A stretch of DNA of 62,157 nt, filler included, from Catajapyx aquilonaris (taxonomy: Eukaryota): the NCBI GenBank assembly GCA_000934665.2. It is 3 parts of 3 records of this genome, joined end to end, with 100 filler letters (N's around TTAATTAATTAA, not from the genome) between each part and the next. Parts side by side here need not be neighbours in the genome. Positions count along the whole stretch, not along the records: positions 1 to 20,662 come from KZ539498.1; positions 20,763 to 41,420 come from JYFJ02006219.1; 1 more part is not named here. The stretch is one strand, 5' to 3'. The position numbers and the translations under genes are program-made. Below, one piece after another: positions 11,910 to 24,300 of this stretch. The notes under the pieces were generated by a model. It saw nothing but the letters and a program-made list of their open reading frames with translations. It made no database searches and was not told where the DNA came from. Positions within the stretch are counted from its first letter, which is position 1; every line of letters begins with the position of its first letter.

Positions 11910-14900
11910 CTAATATTTTGATTGGATGTTTTCTGGCACACTGGGCAGCTCACTGGGCTTCTCACGTGTGTGGATTCGAATGTGAGCATTTAGACCCCCT
12001 CCCTGCGAAAACCCTTTCTGACACACACAGCATTTAAATGGTTTCTCCCCAGTGTGTGTCCGCATGTGAACATTTAGAGTCCCTGCCAGCCGAAACTTTT
12101 TCTGACACACATGGCATTGAAATGGTTTCTCACCTGCATGTATTCCCATGTGAGCTTTTAGATTACCTGCCTGCGAAAACTTTCTATGACACATCTGACA
12201 ACTGAAGGGTTTCTCACCTGAATGTATTTGGATGTGAGTTTTTAGATTACCTGCCTGCGAAAACTTTCTGTGGCACACATAACAACTGAAGGGTTTCTCA
12301 CCTGTGTGTGTTCGCATGTGAATTTCCAAAAACCTTGCATGAATAAACTTCTTCTGGCAAACGTCACATTCAAGCACCGTTTCAGTCCCTCGTGCCTCCC
12401 TGCAACTTCTCACTTGAGCCTGCTTCTTTCCAATTCTACCGCTTGTTTTCACTCTTGCTTCCTAAAAGATAAATTACATGCCATCCCTTACTCACTTACT
12501 GTTTCACAAAATGGAACAGGCCACTAGACCAAGTTATCTTCAATAGCATATGCACAACCAATCACAGATTCTCCAAGGCATCATATCCAAGCAACTAATA
12601 AATTATAGGGAACCACTTTAAATAAATGAAAACCATAGGGATCATAACATCATATCACTTGCCAGGGGCCTGACATCGAATCAATTTGAGCCTTGATGAA
12701 TTATTCACACTCTGAAACCAGTAGGCTTCTGCACAATCATAAGTTTCATACATAAATCTTTATTAACTGTAAGGAGTTGAGAAAATTCTGCCTTATGTAT
12801 AGTACCATATAGTACCACTGTTATAACACTGTTAATCGCCGTCCACCATCTACGGTCAAAGGACATCCTCGTAGAAGGCACTTCTGGAAATTTCAACTTT
12901 TTAAAAGTTCCCATAGAAATGACCTCAACAATATGAGTAAACAGTGTCAATGAAAGGGCACTGTTTATTCACACTGTTGTGTGAGGGGGCCAATCGGATG
13001 CGTTGCAGTAACAATATGTGGCGGACCAATCAGAGGCCATGATCAAATACTAAGAGTAGGATTTTAATATAATAGAAGAAGATGGTATGCAAGTTAATTT
13101 TCCATAATTAGCAATGTTCCAAACAAAGGGTTGCCAACACAGCAGCATTCCAATCAAAGTGTTTCTAACATTATTTTTCACATGTGCATGTATACAGCAT
13201 GTGTATGATTAGCATTGGGCATGTTCATCGTGATTATCCAAATGCCTAATTAACATATATGACCATTGACAATCTGGGTAATAAAAGTAAGTGCCAATTA
13301 ATTCTCACGAACATTAACTATGGGAACATTTCAAAGGCCATAAATTTTTACACACCCATAGGACCATTTTTTCGATACCCAGTGACAGAATCGAGGGGAA
13401 AGGGTGTGGATGGAAGGTGACAGGAGAGTTGTTGTTAACTCATCGGCAGTCAGCTGACAACTGACTGAACCGAGGGGTTACTCCTGGTTACTCCCCCCAT
13501 TGCGCATGCTCGGAACGGGGGTCAATAGGAGGAATCATGGTAAAAATACGTCGCAGTAACAATAGACAGGGGCCAATCGGAACGTGCCAGTAACAACAAT
13601 TTGCAGATGACCAATCAGAGGGCTTAGGCATAGTCTGAAAGCATTTTAATATACTAGACTTGATAGAATCATTAACATTTGATTATGCTGTACCTTGTTC
13701 TGTGGAGTGCGGTGTTCCCTCATCTGATGGCGTTCCAGGTGCATCTTTGTTGCAAATGGTTTCTTGCAGTCATCGCAGAAGAGGAGATCGGCCAGATTGA
13801 CAGAGGTGATCTTTGTCTGAGGAAGCAAAGAAAAACACAGCTTCACATCCAAGAATCCTGTTAATCCATTTTGGTCATTTTAGTTGAAAGGTATTACATG
13901 AGATGGCAAAATCTTAGCACGAAGATGATTTCCTCTGCGTGAAAGACATGGATTATAGCCTATTCCTGCATTATGATTATCACCAACCCCTCACACGTAG
14001 TGATGGTGAAGCAGATATGTCATATCATTAACATACCATCCTGTCAGTCCAACTTTCGAGTACTGGTACTTATGAAAGCATTAAGCAGAGAAAGCAGAAC
14101 TTTTGTTGAAATTTAATTACACCGTATTCCCTGTTATCCGGGTGTGGATTATCCATGTTTCGGATTATCCGTGAATCACCAAAAAATAAAACTAGAAATA
14201 ACAGTACGAAAAATTTATCAATATGTCTCGCAACCAAAGATTTAACAGGCCTTTTTCTAGAGACAAACTAAACATCTCCAGTAAGTTTTACTGGGTCAAT
14301 ATAACATTCTTGGAAAGCTGGTCCCGGAATACCTCCATAAGGTCCTGCGCATTTTTATTACTCTGAATATACCAGACTCATTTTCACCTCACCTTGGCTA
14401 TAGCATACCATTATTTGGCCCCTCTCTGGGAAACTATGGTCCTTTCAATTACCTAGTATCATTTCCCATTCAAGGAAGGCACTCTATACTGAAGGGGAGT
14501 GATTTTCCCACCTGTCACTGACACAAGTGCTCTGCTCAGTGTATCTACATTCTACAACTCTTAATGAACTACATTATACCTCCTGTGTGCATGTTGCAGT
14601 TCATTCTACAGCAGGTGTTGGTCATATTCACCCAATCAGCCCGAAGACATGTCTGGCCATGCCTTCCAGCCTGCAGGGACAGTTCTGACACCTCCTGCAG
14701 GAAGAACTTCAATATGATGCTTGGTAGGCTACATTACTACACAGCAACTTTTGGGACAACCTTCACCTGTTCATCTCCTCCATTTGCATCACCGTCCTCT
14801 TCTGTGAATCGAACAGTGACCACTGGTGGACCCCGATCCTCCTCTTCCACCTCCCTTATGGCCCTGTCCCACTTGGAGTGCGTGAAGCTGTGCCCCAGGA

Positions 14901-14970
14901 GGAGGCACCTCCTCTCAAAGACCTGGTCGCAGTAGGGGCAGGGGAAGGTCCCCGTGGCCATCCAGTCCAT
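11910..14970 (-). CDS. C2H2 zinc-finger protein paralog B, ~292 aa, 7 fingers; exons 14767-14970, 13694-13816, 11910-12461
   Basis: There is an in-frame stop before ATG 14970, and all splice junctions are phase 0. The last exon has five tandem fingers with HTGEKPF-type linkers. Confidence 0.85.
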
Positions 14971-15558
14971 CTCTGCCTAATGTTGTGTGTCGTGTCCACC
15001 AAACAGCAGTACGGGGGTCGGGTGGGTCTTCACTGTAAGTAGAGAAGTGAACGTGTCATTATTCATTCTGTTCATTTACCCCGAGTCACAAAATGCTATC
15101 TTAGGTCTTCATTGTTTCCTTGACGTACTGGGTACACTTCCCTCAGCCTGTGTCTTTCACCCACCTTTACCTTCCTCTGTGTGTGTGTCGGCAAGCAGCA
15201 TCCGAGAGGAGGCAGCTGGCAGGAAGAAGAATACGACGCAGACGAAGAGAAAAAAAAGCTGATCGAGGAGGAAGTAGCCTTGGAGGAAGAGACGCCATCT
15301 TGGTCCACACAAGGAACAAGGAATGAGTGAACTGGGGCGCATTCGGGAGGATGTCCACCGGACCTGTCCCGCCAGCCACCAACGTTGGGAATGCTGTTTA
15401 ATATACTAGTTAGCAGCACTATGGTTAGCAGTATAACTACAAGAGTAACTATAGCAGTGGGACGAAAATGTTGGCCTACCACAAGCACGTGTGTGAAATT
15501 TTAAGCGAGGTCAAGGTCAATTTTTGCATTATTATGCAGAGTGGTTGTGTGGGCAAAG

Positions 15559-15729
15559 CTGCCGTCAGATGTAAGAAGACCGTAACTCAAAAACTAGTAA
15601 GGGGGAAAGTCGCATGCACGCCCTGCACTAATCCCCTCTGAGTCAGGGGGGATTAGTGCAGGGCATGCATGCGACTTTCACCCTTATACTAGTGTATATG
15701 AGTTACGGTCTTCTTACATCTGACGGCAG
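15559..15729. repeat. ~170-bp near-perfect hairpin (small MITE)
   Basis: ctgccgtcagatgtaagaagaccgtaactc...gcactaatcccc is inverted to ggggattagtgc...gagttacggtcttcttacatctgacggcag. Confidence 0.8.
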
Positions 15730-15853
15730 AAAGGGTTTGATCGACATTCACGCTTCCACAACAGGATCAACAATATACAGGGTGTTTTCTGTAACTCTGT
15801 AAAGACTTGCAGGGGCAATAGAGGGGACCAAGACAAGTGTTTTTGGCATAGGA

Positions 15854-17467
15854 CAGCGGTTCCCAACCTGGGGTACGCGTACCCCCAGGGGTACGCCGCA
15901 GGATGGTCAGGGGTACGCGAAAGAAAATGAGCAATGGCGGATTAATCAATATATTGCACCTGGCTGACTGCAAAGGGAAATCCTTCAGTTTTTGGGCAGA
16001 CATCAGCAGAGAATATGAACAGCTGAGCAACAAGGCGCTTCAGTTTTTTATGCCATTTACCAGTATGGAGCTGGTGGAGAGGGCTTTCTCGTCTTATACA
16101 TTTATCAAAAATAAATACCGCAATAAGCTCAGTGCAAGTCCAGATTTGACACTGTATCTGACATCAATTGAACCAGATTTCAAGAAATTATGTGCTACAA
16201 AACAAGGTCAAGGATCTCATAGAACATTTCCTGTGTGTTATGTTATTCATGAAACAAGATTCCAAATATATGGAAGTGTGTGCGCATATTAACTATTCAT
16301 AATAATTACATATGTTAACCCTTTGATGACGGAGTTTTTTTTTCCCCTTTTCCGGAAATTTTATGACCTCGCCGATTTTCTTGAAATTTGGTGCATTGGT
16401 AGCCCACCCCAAGGGATGACAAACGCACCTATAGTTACCTGATCAAAATGACCTCGTGACCCAATTTTGAGGGGGGCAGAGGTCAAATTTCGACCTCACT
16501 GGATTTTCTTCAAATTCGGTGCATTGGTAGCCCACCCCAAGGGATGAAAAATGCACCTATAGTTACCTGATCAAAATGACCTCGTGACCCAATTCTGATG
16601 AGGGCAGAGGTCAAATTCCAACCTCACCGATTTTCTTGAAATTCGGGGGTTATACCAAGGTTATACACACTTACATTTTTTGCGTACACGTACTACCCGC
16701 CTTAGTGAATCATAAGGGAGACTTTGCAAGTGCCAGTCACAAATTTTCTTGAAATTCGGCGCATTGACATAGGTCCCCTCCAATATGGGTCACAGAGTCA
16801 TGTCGAGCAGGGATCTATAGGTGGGTTTGTCATCCCTTGGTGTGGGCTACTAATGCACCGAATTTGAAGATAATCGGCGAGGTCGGAATTTTATGATTTG
16901 ACCTCTGCCCCCTCAAAATTGGGTCACGAGGTCATTTTGATCCGGTAACTATAGGTGCGTTTTTCATCCCTTGGTGTGGGCTACCAATGCACCGAATTTC
17001 AAGAAAATCGGCGAGGTCGAAATTTTATAATTTGACCTCTGCCCCCTCAAAATTGGGTCACGAGGTCATTTTGATCAGGTAACTATAGGGGCGTTTTTCA
17101 TCCCTTGGGGTGGGCTACCAGTGCACCGAATTTCAAGAAAATCGGTGAGGTTGAAATTTTTTGCATTGAAAAATGACCCAAGTTTGGCAGGGCAAATCTC
17201 CGGACATCATATGATGGCCGTAGGCAGCAAAGGGTTAATCAGTAAGTATCATTTGAATTTGAATATAAAAATATATGCTTTGTATATCTTATTGTTGCTT
17301 TGCATTATTATCGTATTACTGATTAATTTATTTCCTGTTACAGCCTATATTTTAAATAACAGCAGGTATTTATTACAAACATTCTCCATTAGGGATATTA
17401 AAGGAGTACAATTTATGGGAATGGGCCGCCAGAGGGTACGTAAGTGAAAAAAGGTTGGGAACCGCTG
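15854..17467 (+). mobile_element. Non-autonomous hAT (Buster/Charlie-like) element with a transposase C-terminal fragment
   Basis: TIRs cagcggttcccaacc / ggttgggaaccgctg and an 8-bp TSD gcatagga on both sides. ORF 15903-16292 contains FW...EYEQLS.KAL...PF.S..LVERAFS....IKNKYRNKL...EPDF..L....Q.Q.SH, typical of the hAT dimerisation domain. Confidence 0.9.
16319..17234. mobile_element. piggyBac-type MITE containing inverted arrays of a ~130-bp repeat
   Basis: Termini are TTAA|ccctttg ... caaaggg|TTAA. An internal unit (gattttcttgaaatt..ggtgcattggtagcccacc..ccaagggatg...gatcaaaatgacctcgtgacccaatt) is repeated forward at ~16365-16645 and in reverse at ~16790-17155. Confidence 0.85.
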
Positions 17468-18804
17468 GCATAGGATATAAGAACCCGTGTCCGGAAACGC
17501 CATCTAGAGGGGGTTCATCGACAAGGAACGGGTGCGATCAGACGCTTCACGCGGGAGGCGCTAGGCGAGCGGACTGTTTTGTTGATAGATGGCGCTCGGA
17601 TGGTAAACACCGATGCGATGTGCCATAACCTGGCAACAGCAGAGCCACCTAGCAACTAAAGTCCGCCTCCTAGGAGACGCGCGGATAGTCAACAGCGGTT
17701 CTGTTGTTGCCAGGCTATGGCATATTGCGTCGTTGTTTACTTACAACGACGCGATATACCATAACCTGGCAACAACTGCGCGCCATCTATCAACAAAACA
17801 GTCCGCTCGCCTAGCGCCTCCCGCTTGACGCGTTCTGAGCGCACCCGTTCCTTGTCTATGATCGAACCCCCTCTAGATGGCGTTTCCGGACACGGGTTCC
17901 TAGGTCAAAAATACTTGTCTTGGTCCCCTCTATTACCCCTGAAAGTCTGTGCAGAGCTATAATAAACACCCTGTATTATCATTGGATGATGATCGAATTG
18001 ACCTACAAGATTGCAGGTGATGCATGTCGCCAACCAAACACTTCTTAAGAACAGGGTTCAAGGACCAAGGGTTGAGGTAAGCAGCTTTTGCCTCTGCCCA
18101 CATGACACTCCATATTGTATACAGTACAGAAACAGAGAGGAATAAATCCAGAAGTCTGAATATTTCTTTTTATTTATCTTTAACAAACACATTAGTACTG
18201 CAATGTAATACATGTATTGAATATTACCAAATATCTGCGAACACAAAAGAACAAAATCTTCTTAAACAGCAGTACAGCAATAGATAACATTGCATCACTC
18301 ACACTGAGCAAACTTGAAATCTGAAAAATCCAACTGGTTTTTAAGAAATGGAAAAGAAAAATCATGAATAGTACAATACACTTACATATTATATCAACTG
18401 AAACCTCAATTAGGAAAATCAAAGAAAACTGACAACAATTGCATGTTTTTCCCTGCCTGTTTCTCTCCTGCTTACTCGTTTACACTTCAAATCTGCCAAA
18501 TAATTATTTATACCTAATCCAATTTTTCTTTTTCACAGGGAAGAATCGACAGATCTGACCTAACTGAACACACTTATTTCTTAGCAGACTAGAGTGAGTG
18601 CATGAGCCAAATTTCAGATTAAGATTTCTGAGACAACCTTTTCAAACAAAAGTGACATGGAAATGGATTTTCTCTAGATTTTCTCATATCTAGATTGCAA
18701 TATGCTTCCCTTACCATCTAACTTACACCTCTCAATTTTTTTATGGCACATTTGAAAACTGAATGCACATGGTCTACCATCAGTGTGAGTTCTGATTGCC
18801 AAAA

Positions 18805-20662
18805 TAGTCCAGTCATTCAGTGCTCGAAATGGGTTCTACCTGGAAAGTTTTGGAGAAGTTCTGATTTTTGGGTCCAGTATGTTTTTCGAGGTGCTGATTA
18901 CGAATTTCCACTTTGCCACCTCGAAAGATTTCGGGAAATATCTTAAAAATGCAAAAAACAACAAAAAAATGGGACTTTTGTTTTGTTTTTGCCCATAACG
19001 CGAAACCTATGAACTTTTCGAGACAAATCATTGTATTCAAATATACACTAGACGTAATTTCCTACAACCTACCTCTGTATGTTTTTTCTGTCAGACGAAT
19101 AGTTAAGGCGCAAGCGCCCATTGAAATACTAGCGTCCAATCCCAAGATGGCGCCTTGAGGGACAATCGACGCTATCCTCATTTTCCCTCTTTTCCATCCA
19201 TTCCTCTCAACCTTGTCACTCTGTAGGGGCGAGTCATTCAGTTCAGTTCGGCCAGGGGCGGATCCAGGGGGGGGGGGGGGTCANNNNNNNNNNNNNNNNN
19301 NNNNNNNNNNNNNNNNNNNNNNNNNNNNNNNNNNNNNNNNNNNNNNNNNNNNNNNNNNNNNNNNNNNNNNNNNNNNNNNNNNNNNNNNNNNNNNNNNNNN
19401 NNNNNNNNNNNNNNNNNNNNNNNNNNNNNNNNNNNNNNNNNNNNNNNNNNNNNNNNNNNNNNNNNNNNNNNNNNNNNNNNNNNNNNNNNNNNNNNNNNNN
19501 NCCCCCCCCCCCCCAAAAAAAAAAGAAAGTCTGGATCCGTCCCTGAGTTCGGCTGTATAATGTCTCTTCGGGTATGTTTTATTTGTGACAGTAGGCCTAC
19601 ATTGGAAGGTGGACGTGAAGTGACAGTACTAGTGAAACAAAAAGGTTGGAAGACAGTTAGTGAAGCAAGTAAGCAGAGGAAGGATGGAAAGGGCGTTAAT
19701 CTGAAGGGGAAGACATCAATTATTATTGAAGTTCACGAAAAATGTCGAAAGCAGTACATTAATGAAAAATTAATTGCTGCCTATGCGAAGAGGGCTCACC
19801 AGGGTGGTCAGACGCAACAATTACCCTCGTCGGTACCTACCTTTTCTTTCAAAACGAATTGTTTTTTGTGTGGATTGGTGATAACACCACAGTTTATATA
19901 GGAACAAAAACGACTTCCTGCATCGAAACGCAACCTTGTGTATAGTGTTAGGCAGTTAAAAGTGAGAGAAAAGGTTGTACAACTCGCTGAAAGACGTAAT
20001 GATGAGTATGGCCGAGCCATACTTGTACGTGTTGGACCAGAGTATGAAAAAAAAATGTACTGTCGCCCACAGGCTGAAAAAAAGAAAGCACGTGGTCCGT
20101 TTGGCAATGACATTGAGAAAGCAATGCAAAATATATTCACTTTTCTCGAAAATAGAAGTGTCGCCCCGAATAATGTTGTAAGTGACATTGGTGAAAATGA
20201 TCACTCACAACGTGATAACACTATACACAAGGTTGCGTTTCGATGCAGGAAGTCGTTTTTGTTCCTATATAAACTATGGTGTTATCACCAATCCACACAA
20301 AAAACAATTCGTTTTGAAAGAAAAGGTAGGTACCGACGAGGGTAATTGTTGCGTCTGACCACCCTGGTGAGCCCTCTTCGCATAGACAGCAATTAATTTT
20401 TCATTAATGTACTGCTTTCGACATTTTTCGTGAACTTCAATAATAATTGATGTCTTCCCCTTCAGATTAACGCCCTTTCCATCCTTCCTCTGCTTACTTG
20501 CTTCACTAAATGTCTTCCAACCTTTTTGTTTCACTAGTACTGTCACTTCACGTCCACCTTCCAATGTAGGCCTACTGTCACAAATAAAACATACCCGAAG
20601 AGACATTATACAGCCGAACTCAGGGACGGATCCAGACTTTCTTTTTTTTTGGGGGGGGGGGG
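18805..20662 (+). mobile_element. Degenerate DNA transposon 5' portion (Academ-like transposase N-terminus) with a fold-back duplication
   Basis: ORF 19560-19901 and its continuation read CFIC...VHEKCRKQY...FSFKTNCFLCG...ERRNDEY. From memory this resembles the N-terminal region of Academ-type transposases; the superfamily assignment is an inference. There is a possible TAG terminus at 18805 and an internal stop. Confidence 0.5.
19253..19545. mobile_element. hAT-type MITE spanning an N-gap
   Basis: TIRs caggggcggatccag / ctggatccgtccctg with an 8-bp TSD agttcggc at 19245-19252 and 19546-19553. Confidence 0.85.
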
Positions 20663-20762
20663 NNNNNNNNNNNNNNNNNNNNNNNNNNNNNNNNNNNNNN
20701 NNNNNNTTAATTAATTAANNNNNNNNNNNNNNNNNNNNNNNNNNNNNNNNNNNNNNNNNNNN
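20663..20762. other. Assembly gap with artificial ttaattaattaa spacer (also at 41421-41520)
   Basis: A 100-nt N run contains a 12-mer with stops in all six frames, and the same arrangement occurs at both gaps. Confidence 0.9.
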
Positions 20763-21338
20763 TGTTTACAAATTAGTGAGTGACGCGGACGACCCAGCGA
20801 CGGATCTCTTCTGCCTGCGCACTCACTCATTCGATTTGTAAACAGTGGCAACAATGGAAGCAGTCTCCATGGGCTGATGTTTGAATTGGCCCGCCGGACA
20901 GGATTGCCAGGTAACGCACTACAACATAAGCAGCTTAGGCCGAATTTGTCAATAGCTGTTCGGACAAAAAAGTTGGACCACCCTGTATACAAATCATCAA
21001 CAAAACCAGGGCTGCCAATGGCATCCTTCGACATCCACATCACTAATGATGTGCGTTACACAATGCTAGTGACTACATTGAAGGACTCTGAAAGTTTAAA
21101 GCTGCCATGAATTTCCAGTCCCAAGTAATTAAATAGTTGCCACTATTTTATTTACAGTCCTCGTATTTTTCTATGAGTACTTTCCTATGCAGCAGCAATT
21201 TGTTTACTAAGGAATATTTTTGGAGAATAGAAAGATTCTGCTATATACAGGTTTCGTTATAATATTAACAGTGTCAATGGGAATTAATGAATGGCATGCC
21301 ATTACTTTACAGAAGCAAAAGAAATTACGACAGCTTAC

Positions 21339-24300
21339 CTGAAGACCCTGATCATTGCGACCTCCCATGCTGTCAAAATAGCGTATAGACTTGTCTCTGA
21401 AGTCTACCACAGCCAGACACCAGTGCATGCCAAGGTGCACTGGTATAATGATGAGGCTATAAGAAAAGATGTCGATCCTTCTTGTCCATCTTTTCAGGGC
21501 TGCTTGGCCTCCAGTCAACATCTTGGGGTAGAAGAAGGTACTGAAGGCATATGCTTTGGGCAAGCCATCAGTGCCTCCCCTTTCAGCCACCATGCTCATG
21601 TAGAAGTTAATCACCTCGTCATTAAGCCAAGACAGCCCTTTCAGTGTCACCAGGTCTTTGCGAAGGATTTTCATCTTGAACCCTTCTGATAGCACCTCCA
21701 TACCTGGCCCTGGCTTCAGTGCCCACGCAATCTTTTCTTTCATTTCAGGAGTGAGTTCTGGTAGTGTTGTTTTTGGGGCAGCAATTTCTCGTAGTTCTTC
21801 CTGAACCTGGGCTTCAACTTCCTTCTTGCGTTCATAGTCATCAAGATCCAGGAAAAACATCTGAGTTTCAAGGCGATCTTCGAGATTTCTTTTTGGAATA
21901 GCCCTTCCTGCACGGGCCTTGGCAAAATACCTTTCTTCCTCCATCTTTCGGATGAGTTCACGCTCATGACTGCTGTATCTTTCCCTCACCTTCTCTAACC
22001 AGTTTCGACTTGCCTCCTTTGTCAGTATATATGTCTGTCGAGGTGACAATATTTGCCTGGCTTTTGCTGTTGTTGCTTCTCCTTGACTGTCTGAGTCCGT
22101 TGAAGCGCTACGAGAATCTAAAGTGAGCCAAGATAATCCAATAATATATAACATGGAAACATACCATGAATGTAAAATTTGAAACAACTAGGTGCGTTGA
22201 TAGCAATAGGTACAGGTAGTCCACAATTTGAACACCAGAATGTTGGCTAAAAATAATCTCCAAAACATACCAATGTTAGGTAAAGATGGTGACGAGAGTG
22301 AAGAGGATGTAGCAGGATCATCGTCTTCTATTATAATCACTTCCTTCTCAGCGGCACAATCCTCCTGTTTTGTCTCCTTCCCAATGGGCTCTTCTATCCC
22401 TGACGTCTTCCCACCACTCTTCTCCAGAGAATCTTCTTTGGGGCTAGTCAGAACCCTGATCCTATGCAGAGCTCCATTCAACAGGCTTGTGGAACCAGCT
22501 CTGCTCCCACTGCTCACAGATATAGTACCTGAGGGTCCCAGTTCAGGGGATGCACCAACTGGCTTCAAAATATTGTCCATCCCATTGAGTGACGCTCTTG
22601 TGTGCTGCTGGAGCAGCTGGTGGTAGCGCTTTTTCTCCTCCAGCTGGTAGCACTGTAATATCAATTGTATCACATCAAAATTGCCACAAGTAGATTTTAG
22701 AAAGTGTAGATGTTAATGTTCAACCCATTCTTAAAGATTGCCGATTCTGCACTGCTCCTTAACCCTTTGAGGCCTATGGTTTTGATTGATTGATTGATTG
22801 ATTGTAAAATGCTAGGAAAAAATTCATCTACAGGGTGTCCCAAAAATAAAACTTTTTAGAATCGTTTGGCTCTCAGAAAGTTGATAGGCCTAACAAGTTT
22901 ACTCCGTCACTATACATTGTTATTATGGTTACGTTATATTACCACAACACTGTGCTATGATAAACTCCCAAGGGTCCAGACTTTACGGGACACCCAGTAC
23001 TCAGGGCGCATGTTTACATAAACGATCGGGTGGGAGCAAAGTGACCTTGGCTTATACGACTCAACTTGGAACAGGGGTGAATCTGGGGGTGCTATGGTAG
23101 TCACCATCCAAGAGCTGGCAGGAGCATATTGAACCATGCTTGGAACTGCAGAGTTCGCCTTCTCTATATGCACATCCTAGAGGACCAAATTCATAAATGC
23201 TCAGGACATCATAATATGATATACGTACCCATCAAAGGGTTAAGGAAGGGCGGCGAGGAAAGAGAGGAGAGGCAGGCATGCGGGAGGGAGGGGAGTATGA
23301 TGCGGATAATTTTAGGATGAGCATCATTAACAACAAGGTCTACACCGCAGGCCTAGAAAAAAGCGAGTGAAGCGAGGGGTTTTCTAGGCCTGAGCCACAG
23401 AAAAATGTGAGCAAAGCAAGAGTTTTTCTAGTAGTGACTTTAAAAATTTAAATTAATTTAATTACATTTAAAGTTCATTGCACTTTTTCTTTTTTTTCCC
23501 TCTAACACCCTGTAGATGATTTTTTTTCAGCATTTTACATTCAAAAGGACCATGAGTTAAAATGATAAATACTGGAACATACTGTTTTTAATTAATATCA
23601 CTCCTACTACAACTTTTGGCACGGCGACAAAATTTTTAAATTAGTACTAACCTCATGCACAGTAAACTCCTTGCTCTTCCTTTGTGAAAAAAACTTGCTG
23701 TGTACACTTGCTAGGTCAGGTTTTTTTGTTGGCTGTGGCTTTCTGAAGAAAACCCCCTCCCTAGGCGTGACACTTGCAGAAGCCAGCACTGGAAGAAAAA
23801 AAATGGCAGTAAGTGCCACAAATAACATATCATAAGACAACATTCCACATTTGCGTAATTTCATAACAAATAATGCAACAATCACCATCCACTATCTCTC
23901 TGGATATGATTGCAATTTGGTGAGGCCTCTTTGCAGCGAGGTAAGTAACTTGATGCATGAGGCACATGCATCTGGAAAGATTCCAGTGGACAAGAAGTTA
24001 TATTGGATGAGATGTTTCTCAGTCAGCACCAACCTTGACTGTAGGCAGTCAGTGGTCCAGTGCCATTAGCTTCGATGCGGTGACCATTGCTGAAACTGTA
24101 CTGATGCCTGAGAGGGATAAGTGGCTTTCTTTGAATCTTGGGTAATGAAGTGTTTTTCTTCTCAAACAAGTACTGAACTTCATTCTGTAAACGATAGAAA
24201 AAGTTACATTTCTGCACTTCAATACTCAAAATAGCAGGCTTATGCAGTTATCAAACCTGGGGTTTGTAGGTATCAGCACTGACAATTTCAATAATGTTAT

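Larger units (their letters stand above)
15778..17973. mobile_element. Tc1/mariner-type palindromic MITE interrupted by a hAT element
   Basis: Termini are TA|cagggtgttt ... aaacaccctg|TA. The motif aatagaggggaccaagacaag is mirrored by cttgtcttggtcccctctatt, and 17481-17900 is a long inverted repeat. Confidence 0.85.

Noticed and set aside
16365..17155. Regularly spaced repeats resembling a CRISPR array
   Set aside because: The whole unit repeats with no unique spacers, there are no cas genes, and the context is a eukaryotic MITE.
20707..20718. ttaattaattaa island inside N runs (also 41465-41476)
   Set aside because: It is an artificial six-frame-stop spacer added by the assembly pipeline.
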